Part shown: piece by piece, positions 9,225 to 19,469 of the stretch
Numbering within the stretch: position 1 is the first letter of the stretch
How the letters are laid out: each line of letters opens with the position of its first letter
Source of the DNA: Fidelibacterota bacterium
GTDB taxonomy: Bacteria; Fidelibacterota; Marinisomatia; Marinisomatales; Marinisomataceae
DNA: 64,000 nucleotides
Assembly (NCBI GenBank): GCA_965212055.1
Contig: OZ243041.1
Location: forward strand, 161,880 to 225,879
Direction of reading: 5' to 3'
Program-made: the position numbers and the translations under genes
Notes under the pieces: model-generated
Databases searched by the model: none
What the model saw: the letters and a program-made list of their open reading frames with translations, nothing else
What the model was told of the DNA's origin: nothing

Positions 9225-9719
9225 ATGAATAATTTAGATTCATCAATTATAAACAATAAATGTCAGCTTTATGGGCTCGTTACTTTGCGAGTGCTCATTG
9301 GTTGGCATTTCTTATACGAAGGTATTTCAAAAATAATCAATCCATACTGGTCTTCAGCTGCTTATCTGTTGGATGCGAAATGGATTTTTTCAGGATTAGC
9401 CGAAACTATTGCATCTAATCCTACTTTATTGACAATATCAGATTCTGTGAATGAGTGGGGATTAACTTTAGTTGGTCTCTCCCTCCTTTTAGGTTTGTTT
9501 AGTCGTTATTCTGCTTTGGTGGGAATGGGATTTGTAATGTTATATTATCTTTTTGCACCTCCTTTGCTTGGGTTGGAATATTCTAGACCCGGAGAAGGAA
9601 GTTATATTATTGTAAATAAAAATTTAATTGAAGCGTGTGCTCTGTGGGTATTATATGTATTTCCTACTGGTCATATAATTGGTTTGGATCGATTGTTAAC
9701 CAAATTAAAATCAAATTAG
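9225..9719 (+). CDS. DoxX family membrane protein
   Basis: 164 aa, four predicted TM segments, LRVLIGWHFLYEGISK N-terminus typical of DoxX. Confidence 0.65.
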   Translation: MNNLDSSIINNKCQLYGLVTLRVLIGWHFLYEGISKIINPYWSSAAYLLDAKWIFSGLAETIASNPTLLTISDSVNEWGLTLVGLSLLLGLFSRYSALVGMGFVMLYYLFAPPLLGLEYSRPGEGSYIIVNKNLIEACALWVLYVFPTGHIIGLDRLLTKLKSN

Positions 9720-9731
9720 AGGAAATGTAGT

Positions 9732-11324
9732 ATGAGTGAAAATAAAAAACAGCAAAGTAATAATCTGGAACGTCGAGACTTATTAAAAGGACTTGCAACT
9801 GTACCAGTGTTTGGTCTGTTTCTTGCTGAGCTTTGGCGAAAAATAAGTAGGGATGCAGAAAAAAAATCAAATATTCTTTCTGGTTTGGTCCAAGACGATT
9901 CAGCACCAGCAATTATCAAAGGGCTTTCAGATAGTAAACATCTGAATATTGGTATTATTGGTTATGGAGGTCGAGGTGGACATTTGGTCCGTGGTGCAGG
10001 ATTTGCGACTACAGGGTGGACTGATACTGCAGCTAAAAACGCAAGAGAAAATAAATTAGACAAGCAATTTCAAACATTCATGGATCAAGAAGATTTAAAT
10101 TGTTCACTAGTAGGAGTGTGTGATCTGTTTGATGTTCGTGCAGAACAAGGTCTAGATGCTTCTCAGAATGAAGTCCGACCTGGTGGTAAACCAAAAAAAA
10201 CTGCTACAAGATATCGCCACTATAAAGATCTTTTAGCTAATGATGATATTGATGCTGTCATTATTGCTACTCCAGATCATTGGCATTCCCGAATTACAAT
10301 TGATGCTGCAAGAGCAGGAAAACATGTTTATTGCGAAAAAGGTTTAACTAGAACATTTGATGAAACAATTGAAGTATACGATGTAGTTAAAGAAACTGGG
10401 ATTACGTTTCAGCTTGGTCATCAAAATAGACAAGTAGAAGCCAATGAGAAAGCAAGACAAATCGTTCAACAAGGGTTGTTAGGCAAAATAAATTTAGTAG
10501 AGTTAACTACAAACCGTAATTCTCCATGGGGAGCTTGGGTTTGGGGTATTCATCCTAAAGGCAATGCTCAAACAATTGATTGGGATACATTTCAAGAGCC
10601 AGCACCTAATAAAATACCATTTGGTGAAGAAGCATTGAAACGATTCTTCCGTTGGCGTTGTTGGTTTGATTATGGTACTGGTCTTTCGGGTGACTTATTG
10701 TCACATGATTTTGATGCTATAAATCAAATTATGGATTTGGGAATTCCAAAATATTCATCTTCAACAGGAGGAGTTTACTTTTACAAAGATGGACGTGATG
10801 TTCCAGATGTTTGGAATGCAACTTTTGAATATCCAGATAAAGATTTAACTGTTCTTTATAGTGCATCACTTTCAAGTAATGAACCGCGTGGAAATCGAAT
10901 TATGGGCCACGATGCCACTATGCAGATGGGTGGTCAGAGCGGTGGTGGATCTGTGCATGGATTTATCGTAACAGCAGATCCTTATTCAACGCAATACAAA
11001 GACCGTCTTGAGCAAGGTATTATCAATTCAAAATATCCAATTTATACCTATTCTCCTGGTTCAAAGCAAATTGATGGTGTAACGTCAGCAACTTCCAAAT
11101 ACTTTGCAAATAAGGGGCTTCTATATACTTATAGAGAAGGAAAACGAGTTGATGCAACTCATCTTCATATTAAAGACTGGCTAGATTCAATTAGAAGCGG
11201 AGGACAGCCTAGATGCAATATTGAGGTAGCACTTCATGAAGGTGTTGCTTGTCATATGGCTACAGAATCATATTTGACTGGTCGAAGAATTGAATGGGAT
11301 CCGGTCAATCGAAAATTGATTTAA
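9732..11324 (+). CDS. Tat-exported Gfo/Idh/MocA family oxidoreductase
   Basis: Twin-arginine signal ERRDLLKGLATVP. Rossmann motif IGIIGYGGRGG. IIATPDHWH and EKG motifs. Confidence 0.8.
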   Translation: MSENKKQQSNNLERRDLLKGLATVPVFGLFLAELWRKISRDAEKKSNILSGLVQDDSAPAIIKGLSDSKHLNIGIIGYGGRGGHLVRGAGFATTGWTDTAAKNARENKLDKQFQTFMDQEDLNCSLVGVCDLFDVRAEQGLDASQNEVRPGGKPKKTATRYRHYKDLLANDDIDAVIIATPDHWHSRITIDAARAGKHVYCEKGLTRTFDETIEVYDVVKETGITFQLGHQNRQVEANEKARQIVQQGLLGKINLVELTTNRNSPWGAWVWGIHPKGNAQTIDWDTFQEPAPNKIPFGEEALKRFFRWRCWFDYGTGLSGDLLSHDFDAINQIMDLGIPKYSSSTGGVYFYKDGRDVPDVWNATFEYPDKDLTVLYSASLSSNEPRGNRIMGHDATMQMGGQSGGGSVHGFIVTADPYSTQYKDRLEQGIINSKYPIYTYSPGSKQIDGVTSATSKYFANKGLLYTYREGKRVDATHLHIKDWLDSIRSGGQPRCNIEVALHEGVACHMATESYLTGRRIEWDPVNRKLI

Positions 11325-11346
11325 TCAGCTATCTTAAGGTGAACAA

Positions 11347-12554
11347 ATGACAACAAATTTCCGTTTAGGAACAATGATGTTTCTTCAATTTTTTGTTTGG
11401 GGAGGCTGGTATGTTACTGTCGGAAATTTTATGGTAGCTGAAGGCATGAAAACCATTACACATTGGGCTTATTCAGTGAGTCCCCTTGCAGCTATTATAT
11501 CACCATTTTTCTTGGTTTTGTTGCTGATCGTTATTTTAATGCCGAAAAAATATTAGGAGTACTGCATATTTTGAGTGGTTGTTTTTTGCTTTTAACTCCC
11601 TTTTTCACATCTAAACCTACGATATTTATTCTAATGTTAGCTATGCACATGATTTGTTATATGCCGACTTTGGGACTTGCTAATTCTGTAGCCTTTCGCC
11701 ATGTTGATAACCAGGAAAAACAATTTCCCCTTATCCGTGTTTTTGGAACATTGGGTTGGATTGTTGTTGGTATTTTGGTCAGTGGGATTTTGCATGCAGA
11801 TAAGACTGCTACTCCATTTTATATTGCTGGGACTGCTGGAATATTTTTGGGTTTTTATAGTTTTAGTTTGCCTAAAACTCCTCCGCTATTAAGCAAAGAT
11901 GCGCCTATTTCTTTTAGAGATATTATTGGTTTAAATGCTTTAAATAAACTGAAATCAAAATCATTTTTTGTATTTGCGTTATCCTCTTTTCTAATTTGTA
12001 TTCCTTTAGCTGCATATTATAATTTTGCACCTGTATTTGTTGAGTATATGAAAATTGCAGACCCGGCAGCTAAAATGACACTTGGACAAATGTCTGAAGT
12101 TCTTTTTATGTTAATCTTACCATTATTATTTGCTCGGTATGGAATTAAATATATTCTATTAGGAGGAATGCTTGCTTGGGCTGTTCGATATGCTCTATTT
12201 GCAGTTTCTGCATCAACAGGAACTATATCATTGGTTTACTTAGGCATAATCTTACATGGGATTTGCTATGATTTATTCTTTGTTGCAGGACAAATCTATG
12301 TTGATAAAAAATCAACAGCTGATATAAGAAGTCAAGCACAAGGATTCCTAGTTTTAATCACTTATGGATTAGGTATGTTTATTGGAGCGCAAGTTGCTGG
12401 TTATATTTATAATTTATTATTAAAGGACCAAACAGTATTGTCTGTTCAAAGCTGGCAACAGTTTTGGTTGGTTTTTGCTGTTATGACCACTGTAGTGATT
12501 GTATATTTCTTTATTGGATTTAAAGATAAGTTGAATTCTAAAGAGCAATTATAA
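11347..12554 (+). pseudogene. nucleoside:H+ symporter (NHS/NupG-like) MFS permease, interrupted by a 1-nt frameshift near 11506-11515
   Basis: ORF 11347-11556 gives the NupG-like N-terminus (FLQFFVWGGWYVTVG...AAIISPFF). The sequence continues only in the other frame (11463-12554: LGFVADRYF...CYMPTLGLANS...FPLIRVFGTLGW...). The junction is at a T5 run. Confidence 0.75.
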
Positions 12555-12555
12555 A

Positions 12556-13806
12556 ATGGGAAAAAATAGATTAGGTATTGGATTTATTGGAGGAGGCTTT
12601 ATTACTCGCTTTCATATTCAATCTCTGGTTGGGGTACGAGATGCAGATGTAGTAGGTGTCATGTCTCGTACAAAAGCATCTGCTGAAGAATCAGCTACTC
12701 TGGCGCGGACCATTGGTGTAGGCAGTGATGCGAAAGCTTATGATTCCATTACTGATATGATTGCTGATCCTAATATCCATGCTTTGTGGGTATGTTCTCC
12801 AAATTTTGCAAGAGTTGAAACATTTGAAGAAATTGCCAATGCTATTTCATCTGGAAAAGGTGAACTACTCGGAGTGACCTGTGAAAAACCTTTAGGCAGA
12901 AATGTAGAAGAAGCAAAAAAAGTTTTAGAACTGACCCAAAGTGTAAATCTCCTAGATGGATATCTAGAAAATCAGATTTTTGCTCCTTCCATTACGCGAG
13001 GGAAAGAGATTGTTTGGGCTAGAGGTGCAGCAACCACTGGTCGACCTTACTTAGCACGTGCAGCTGAAGAGCATAGTGGTCCCCATATGCCATGGTTTTG
13101 GGAAGGATCATTACAAGGTGGTGGTGTTTTAAATGATATGATGTGCCATTCTGTTGAAGAAGCACGTTTTATGTTAACAGAGCCAGGAAAACCTCGTGAT
13201 TCTATCACTCCAATCAGTATTAGTGCGCATACAGATTGTCTAAAATGGCAACGTCCTGAATATGTAAAAATCTTATCTGATAATAGTAATGGGAAAACTG
13301 ACTATTCAAAACGTCCATCAGAAGATTTTGCCCGCTCCTTAATTGAATATCTAGATGAAGATAATAATAAATTAATTGTTGAAACTACCACATCCTGGTG
13401 TTTTGTAGGTGAAGGGTTGCGTCTCAGCATGGAACTATTTGGACCAGAATATTCTATGTTTGTTAATACATTGGATCCAGATTTAAAAGTATTTTTTAGT
13501 CGAAAGGTGACTGGTTCAGAAGGTGAAGATCTTGTTGAAAAACAAAATGCAGAATCTGGTGGAATGCCCGTGGTTAGTAACGAAGCAGAGGTCTATGGTT
13601 ATACAGCTGAAAATAGACATATGGTAGAATCCTTTATGAATGGTAAGCGCCCCGAAGAAAATTTTGACGATGGTTTAGAAGTGACTCGACTTCTTATGGC
13701 TGCTTATATGAGCGCAGAACAAGGAAAAACGATACAACTCCCCAATTCAGATATTGACACATTCACACCTGCTGTAGCACGAGGTGAATGGAACCCAAAA
13801 GGTTAG
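12556..13806 (+). CDS. Gfo/Idh/MocA family oxidoreductase (cytoplasmic, no signal peptide)
   Basis: IGFIGGGFITRFH Rossmann motif, CSPNFAR and CEKPL motifs. Confidence 0.8.
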   Translation: MGKNRLGIGFIGGGFITRFHIQSLVGVRDADVVGVMSRTKASAEESATLARTIGVGSDAKAYDSITDMIADPNIHALWVCSPNFARVETFEEIANAISSGKGELLGVTCEKPLGRNVEEAKKVLELTQSVNLLDGYLENQIFAPSITRGKEIVWARGAATTGRPYLARAAEEHSGPHMPWFWEGSLQGGGVLNDMMCHSVEEARFMLTEPGKPRDSITPISISAHTDCLKWQRPEYVKILSDNSNGKTDYSKRPSEDFARSLIEYLDEDNNKLIVETTTSWCFVGEGLRLSMELFGPEYSMFVNTLDPDLKVFFSRKVTGSEGEDLVEKQNAESGGMPVVSNEAEVYGYTAENRHMVESFMNGKRPEENFDDGLEVTRLLMAAYMSAEQGKTIQLPNSDIDTFTPAVARGEWNPKG

Positions 13807-13809
13807 TCT

Positions 13810-14463
13810 GTGAAAAATCTTAGTATACTTTTAACAGCATTTATTATGGTTGGTTTTTCATCCAATTCAGAATGGACTGTTCTTTTTGATGGAAAAACTG
13901 TTAAAGGCCTCCGAGGATATAAACAATCGGGATTTCCTGATTCATGGGAAGTTGTTGATGGCACATTAAAAACTGTACCAGGCCATGGTGTAGATTTAAT
14001 CAGTGAGGAAGTTTATAAAAATTTTGAGTTAGAATTAGAATGGAAAGTACCCAAAGGAGGTAACAGCGGCATTTTTTATTTTGCAACTGAAGAAGGAAAT
14101 TATATTTGGCAGTCAGCACCAGAAATGCAGGTAGTAGATGATGAAAAACATACAGATGGAAAAAATACACTAACTTCTGCTGGCGCACTGTATGCTTTGA
14201 TTGCTCCATCTGTCAATGTTGTCAAGCCAGTTGGTGAGTTTAACCAGGTGCGAATCAAGGTAAAAAATAACTATGTGGAGCATTGGTTAAATGGAACAAA
14301 GATTGTCGAATATGTTTATGGTAGTGATATGATGTGGGATCTAGTGGCCAAAAGTAAATTCAATAAAATGCCTTTATTTGCGAAAGCATCCGAAGGCCAT
14401 ATTGGCCTCCAAGGAGATCATGGATTGATATGGTATAGAAATATTCGCATTCGCAGGCTATAA
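13810..14463 (+). CDS. DUF1080 (3-keto-disaccharide hydrolase family) secreted protein; GTG start
   Basis: Signal peptide. W..VDG.L, GNSGIFY, PEMQVVDD and GHIGLQGDHG.IWYRNIRI motifs characteristic of DUF1080. Confidence 0.75.
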   Translation: MKNLSILLTAFIMVGFSSNSEWTVLFDGKTVKGLRGYKQSGFPDSWEVVDGTLKTVPGHGVDLISEEVYKNFELELEWKVPKGGNSGIFYFATEEGNYIWQSAPEMQVVDDEKHTDGKNTLTSAGALYALIAPSVNVVKPVGEFNQVRIKVKNNYVEHWLNGTKIVEYVYGSDMMWDLVAKSKFNKMPLFAKASEGHIGLQGDHGLIWYRNIRIRRL

Positions 14464-14464
14464 T

Positions 14465-15391
14465 TTGAAACGTCGAGATTTCATTAAACAATCTGCTGTA
14501 ATTACTGGCGGAATTACACTTACTGGGTTAGGTAGCTCCATTGTTTTGGGTTCTAGCACAACTAAAACATTTAAAATATCACTTGCCGAATGGTCTTTAC
14601 ATCGTTCTTTGCAAAGTAGAGACATAGACCACCTTGATTTTTGTTCTGTTGCAAAAAATGAATTTGGAATCTCAGCGGTTGAATACGTGAACTCTTTTTT
14701 CTTCGATAAAGCACACAATCTCACTTATCTCAAAGAAATGAAAATGAGAGCAGACGATCTAGGGGTAAAAAGCCTTCTCATTATGTGTGATCGGGAAGGA
14801 AATCTTGGTGATCCAGATTCAAATAAAAGAACACAAGCGGTTGAAAATCATTATAAATGGGCAGAAGCTGCTCAATATTTGGGATGCCATTCCATTCGTG
14901 TTAATGCTCGAAGCTTTGGTACCTATGATGAGCAAATTGAATTGGCTACCGATGGCTTACGTCGCCTTACAGAATTTGGAGATACTTTAGGTATCAACAC
15001 AATTGTTGAAAATCATGGTGGACTTTCATCTAATGGAAAATGGTTATCAACTGTTATGAAAAAAGTAGACCATCCTCGCGTGGGCACCCTACCAGACTTT
15101 GGGAATTTTCGACTTGAAGGAGACAAATGGTATGACCGATATAAAGGGATGAAAGAACTCATGCCATATGCGAAAGCTGTCAGTGCTAAAAGCCATGAAT
15201 TTGATAAGCATGGCAATGAAACCGGTACTGATTATTCTAAAATGATGGAGATTGTCCTAAACGCAAATTATCATGGGTATGTAGGAATCGAATATGAAGG
15301 TAGTATTCACAGCGAAATGGAAGGTATACAGCTTACACTTGATTTATTGAAAAAGATAAGATCTATGCTTGATATTAATCCTTCAGAATAG
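14465..15391 (+). CDS. Tat-exported sugar phosphate isomerase/epimerase (xylose-isomerase-like TIM barrel); TTG start
   Basis: Twin-arginine signal KRRDFIKQSAVITGG. IVENHGG and GYVGIEYEG motifs. Confidence 0.8.
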   Translation: MKRRDFIKQSAVITGGITLTGLGSSIVLGSSTTKTFKISLAEWSLHRSLQSRDIDHLDFCSVAKNEFGISAVEYVNSFFFDKAHNLTYLKEMKMRADDLGVKSLLIMCDREGNLGDPDSNKRTQAVENHYKWAEAAQYLGCHSIRVNARSFGTYDEQIELATDGLRRLTEFGDTLGINTIVENHGGLSSNGKWLSTVMKKVDHPRVGTLPDFGNFRLEGDKWYDRYKGMKELMPYAKAVSAKSHEFDKHGNETGTDYSKMMEIVLNANYHGYVGIEYEGSIHSEMEGIQLTLDLLKKIRSMLDINPSE

Positions 15392-16592
15392 TTTTAATTG
15401 AGTTATTCAGCTTTTCAATAAAAATATCAATCTCTTCAATAGTATTATAAACATAAAAACTAACTCTTGCACAAGATGAAATACCCAATGAATTCATTAA
15501 AGGTTTGCAACAATGATGACCAGATCTTAGAGTAATACCCTCAAAATCAAGAAATTGTGCAATATCAAGTGAATGAATATTTTCAACATTAAAACTAATG
15601 ATTGGAATTCTTTCTGATGCATTGCCATAGATTGTCATTCCATTAATATCATTTAATTTTTCCAAGGCGTGTAATGTAAGTTTTTTTTGGGCTTCTATAT
15701 GATCATCTCCAATTTGATTTAAAAAATCAATTGCATAACCCAACGAGATTGCCTGTGCAGACAATGGTGAACCAGCTTCAAATTTATGAGGGATACTAGT
15801 CCATGTAGATTTTTCCATCGTTACATCTTCAATCATTCCACCACCCGTTTGATACGGAGCCATATTCTCTAGAATATCTTTTTTTCCATATAAAATTCCT
15901 ATACCTGTTGGTCCTAGCATTTTATGTCCTGAAAATGCAAAAAAGTCACAATCTAATTCTTCTACATTAATTTTGATATGTGGGGTACTTTGACATCCAT
16001 CTAATAACACTAATGTTCCATGTTGATGTGCTTTTTCAATAATTTCTTTTACAGGATTAACTGTTCCAAAAACATTCGAGGTATGTGTCATAGCCAATAT
16101 TTTTACGTTAGCATTTAAATGATTTTCTAATTCTTCAATATTAATAGTACCATTTTCAGTTGATTCAATATATTTGACTGTTGCTCCAGTTTTCTCACCA
16201 ATAATTTGCCAGGGAACAATATTGGAATGATGTTCCATATTTGTAATTAAAATGGTATCATTTTTATTCAGATTTTGAAAACCCCATGCATCAGCGACAA
16301 GATTAATTGATTCTGTGGCACCTTTAGTAAAGATGATTGATGCTGGGTCACTTGCTCCAATGAAGTGAGCAATTTTTTTTCTTGATCCTTCAAACGCATT
16401 GGTTGCTTTTTCACCTAATTCATAAACACTTCTATGTACACTTCCACCATATTCTTTATAAAATTTGCTTTCAGCTTCAATAACGCTTATTGGTTTTAAA
16501 CTTGTAGCAGCGGTGTCAAAATAGATTAAGTCTTTACCGCGATTCTTTTGTCTAAGAATTGGAAATTCTTTTCGAATACTATGTACATCCAT
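15375..16592 (-). CDS. sufS: cysteine desulfurase, SufS subfamily
   Basis: SGHKMLGPTGIGILYGK PLP-lysine region, RSGHHC active-site loop, position in the suf operon. Confidence 0.9.
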   Translation of the reverse strand: MDVHSIRKEFPILRQKNRGKDLIYFDTAATSLKPISVIEAESKFYKEYGGSVHRSVYELGEKATNAFEGSRKKIAHFIGASDPASIIFTKGATESINLVADAWGFQNLNKNDTILITNMEHHSNIVPWQIIGEKTGATVKYIESTENGTINIEELENHLNANVKILAMTHTSNVFGTVNPVKEIIEKAHQHGTLVLLDGCQSTPHIKINVEELDCDFFAFSGHKMLGPTGIGILYGKKDILENMAPYQTGGGMIEDVTMEKSTWTSIPHKFEAGSPLSAQAISLGYAIDFLNQIGDDHIEAQKKLTLHALEKLNDINGMTIYGNASERIPIISFNVENIHSLDIAQFLDFEGITLRSGHHCCKPLMNSLGISSCARVSFYVYNTIEEIDIFIEKLNNSIKTILKD

Positions 16593-17113
16593 TAATATAA
16601 TCCTAATTGAAGTTTTGCAGCATCAGACATCATATCTTGATTCCATTGAGGTTCCCATACTAATTCAACTTCAACATCTTTTGTTCCATGTAATGATAGA
16701 ATTTTTTCTTTTACTTCATCAGCAATGACAGGACCCATTCCACATCCAGGTGCAGTTAATGTCATTTTAATTGATACGCTTACCCCATCTTTTTCTTCTG
16801 AAACTGTGCAATCATATACTAAGCCAAGATCAACAATATTGACTGGTATTTCTGGATCATAACATGTTTCAAGAATATTCCAAACTTCTTCTTTGTTTGC
16901 AAAATTATTACTGACAATTGATTTTTTTTCTTCACCGATTGCTTCAGCATCGGATCCTTTTACTTGATACATGTTTCCTTCTACAACAATAGTAAAATTA
17001 TTACCTAAAGATTGTGTAATAATACCAGGCATGCCTTTTTTTAGAAGAATCTTTTCACCATCAGGGATGCTAAAAACTTCTACGTCCGAATGTAAAATAA
17101 ATTCTTTATTCAT
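16592..17113 (-). CDS. sufT: Fe-S cluster assembly protein SufT (DUF59-containing)
   Basis: C-terminal DUF59 pattern CYDPEIPVNIVDLGLVY...LTAPGCGMG. About 173 aa, in the suf operon. Confidence 0.7.
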   Translation of the reverse strand: MNKEFILHSDVEVFSIPDGEKILLKKGMPGIITQSLGNNFTIVVEGNMYQVKGSDAEAIGEEKKSIVSNNFANKEEVWNILETCYDPEIPVNIVDLGLVYDCTVSEEKDGVSVSIKMTLTAPGCGMGPVIADEVKEKILSLHGTKDVEVELVWEPQWNQDMMSDAAKLQLGLY

Positions 17114-17528
17114 CTGTAAGCTCTTTTTTAATAAATGTTAAAGCGCCAATAAAACCATTCTGTCTTTGACTGGAAATGCTTGTTCCTATATTCAACCATT
17201 CAAAAACTTCTATAGGTTCATTAAAATCATCAATAAAATCAATAATATTCTTTTTTTCTAAATTATTGAACCCAATTTGTAAAATTCGCAATAATCCCTT
17301 TACAATTGCACTTTCCGAATCTGCTTTTATATTAACTGTACCATCATTCTTTACCTTGATCCATGTTTGGGATGTACATGCATGTACTTTATTGGTATCT
17401 TTTTTATCTTCCGTATTAATCTTATCAATTTTCTTACCTAGATCAATTAAATGGATAAGTTTATCTTGGCCTTCTAGAATAGAGAATGCATCTTTAATAT
17501 CAGAAAAGTTCTTGTTTATATTATCCAT
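17106..17528 (-). CDS. sufE: SufE-like sulfur acceptor
   Basis: 140 aa. HACTSQTWI matches the SufE active-site Cys loop. Confidence 0.7.
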   Translation of the reverse strand: MDNINKNFSDIKDAFSILEGQDKLIHLIDLGKKIDKINTEDKKDTNKVHACTSQTWIKVKNDGTVNIKADSESAIVKGLLRILQIGFNNLEKKNIIDFIDDFNEPIEVFEWLNIGTSISSQRQNGFIGALTFIKKELTDE

Positions 17529-18708
17529 TCATCCATTTATCTATATAAGCTTGTGCTTCATCTTTAATAGTATCATTTGAAAATTGTTTGATTACTTCAT
17601 GCGCAAAAGCTTTAATAAGAATTTGAGTTGCTTGTTCTTTTCTTATTCCCCTTGTTTGTAAATAAAAGATACTATCTTTATCTAATGCTCCAGTTGTGGA
17701 TCCATGACCACACTGAACATCGTCAGCATAAATTTCTAATTGAGGATTAGAGTGTGCTGTTGCTTCTTTAGAGAGAAGCAAATTTTTATTTGATTGATTG
17801 GAATCGGTTTTTTGAGCACCAGCAGCCACTATCACTTTTCCATTGAATACACAGGTTGATTTATTCTGAAGAATGTTTCTTACATTTTGGAAACTAGTAC
17901 AATGTTCTGAATTGTGGTTAATTAATATATTATTATCTACATGTTCATTATTTTTAGTAAGATTTAATGTGTTGATTGTCGTTTCACCACCAGTTTGGTT
18001 TAAGTCAACTTCAATAAAATTTTTATTAAATGATGACTCATAATTAAAGTTATCAACATTAATAATGCTATTGAGTCCAGATTCATAATAATTATACCCT
18101 AATAAGTTGCTTTTTGTATTATCATTAAAGATGATTGTATGATTTAGCATTGAGTTATCTGAACAAATAAATTTATTAATTTTTAAATTAAAACTATCAA
18201 GTCCATTATTAACATTTTTTTCAACAATAGAAATATTATTTTTTTTATTTAATTTGAAAATATTGAATACTGGAATAAACATATTTTCTATCTTTTTGTC
18301 ATAAACATTAATAATCTGAATTTCAGTATCAAATTTCTCACCTTCTTTGAACTCAATCAAAACACCTTCATTAAATTTTGCAATTCCCAAATTAAATAGA
18401 GATTCATCCTGAAAGTTGTCTGACATTTTTATGATCTTACTATCTTTTACTTCGATGGTTTTACCAATTGAAATTTGATTTTTGTAAGTAAAATTATTTA
18501 GAGATTCTTTAACAAATTTTCCGTTTACAAAACATAATGCATTTTCCATTGCTAGATATTGTTTGATATCAATCTCCGACTGATCTTGATTAATAATATT
18601 ATAGTTTTTTAGATGACTACTATTTGAGAATTTCCAGTTTTCTAATTTCTTAGAAGGGTAGCCTAACTTCTTAAATGCATTATAACTATGATTTTTTGTT
18701 TGATCCAA
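17521..18708 (-). CDS. sufD: Fe-S cluster assembly protein SufD
   Basis: C-terminal PQLEIYADDVQCGHGSTTG...LFYLQTRGI signature. Confidence 0.85.
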   Translation of the reverse strand: MDQTKNHSYNAFKKLGYPSKKLENWKFSNSSHLKNYNIINQDQSEIDIKQYLAMENALCFVNGKFVKESLNNFTYKNQISIGKTIEVKDSKIIKMSDNFQDESLFNLGIAKFNEGVLIEFKEGEKFDTEIQIINVYDKKIENMFIPVFNIFKLNKKNNISIVEKNVNNGLDSFNLKINKFICSDNSMLNHTIIFNDNTKSNLLGYNYYESGLNSIINVDNFNYESSFNKNFIEVDLNQTGGETTINTLNLTKNNEHVDNNILINHNSEHCTSFQNVRNILQNKSTCVFNGKVIVAAGAQKTDSNQSNKNLLLSKEATAHSNPQLEIYADDVQCGHGSTTGALDKDSIFYLQTRGIRKEQATQILIKAFAHEVIKQFSNDTIKDEAQAYIDKWMNG

Positions 18709-18728
18709 TTGATTTGTACCTCATAAAA

Positions 18729-19469
18729 CTATTTCAGAAGCCAAGAATAGCCTTTCTTTTCTACTTCTTGTGCAAGGCTCATATCACCCGATTTCTTGAT
18801 TTTACCATCAATCATCACATGGACAACATCTGGCTTAATATATTCAAGCAATCTTTCGTAGTGAGTAATAATGAGCGTTGAATTGTCTTTACCATTAAAT
18901 TTATTTACCCCATCTGCTACAGTTTTTAATGCATCAATATCTAACCCAGAATCTGTTTCGTCTAGTATTGCAAATTTTGGGTTTAAAGATAACAACTGTA
19001 GAATCTCACTTTTTTTCTTTTCTCCACCTGAAAAACCATCATTAATTGATCGTTTTAAGAATGAATCATCTAGATTAAGTTCACTTAGTATCTTTTTTGA
19101 TTGATTTAAAAATTCTACTGCATCCATCTCTTCTTTGCCTTGATGTTCAAAGTGTGCATTGATTGCTGCTCTCAAAAAATAAGCCATACTTACACCAGGA
19201 ATTGCTACAGGATATTGAAAACACACAAATATGCCACTTAACGCTCTATTTTCCGCGCTCATTTCAGTAATATCAACATCATTCATGTATATAGAACCAC
19301 TTTTTACTTCATATTTTTCATTACCAGCTAGTGCATTGGCTAATGTGCTCTTTCCTGATCCATTTCTTCCCATAATTGCATGTACTTCGCCTTTAGGAAT
19401 TTCTAGATTGATTCCTTTTAGAATATCTTTTTCTTCTACAGAAACTTTTAATTTTTTTATTTTAATCAT
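18729..19469 (-). CDS. sufC: Fe-S cluster assembly ATPase SufC
   Basis: Walker A GRNGSGKST, ABC signature FSGGEKKK, ILDETDSGLD. Confidence 0.95.
   Translation of the reverse strand: MIKIKKLKVSVEEKDILKGINLEIPKGEVHAIMGRNGSGKSTLANALAGNEKYEVKSGSIYMNDVDITEMSAENRALSGIFVCFQYPVAIPGVSMAYFLRAAINAHFEHQGKEEMDAVEFLNQSKKILSELNLDDSFLKRSINDGFSGGEKKKSEILQLLSLNPKFAILDETDSGLDIDALKTVADGVNKFNGKDNSTLIITHYERLLEYIKPDVVHVMIDGKIKKSGDMSLAQEVEKKGYSWLLK

Noticed and set aside
11495-11520. Programmed -1 ribosomal frameshifting in the NupG-like gene
   Set aside because: The sequence cca-ttt-ttc is not a canonical X-XXY-YYZ slippery heptamer in the zero frame, and I saw no downstream stimulatory structure. A simple indel or sequencing error is more parsimonious.
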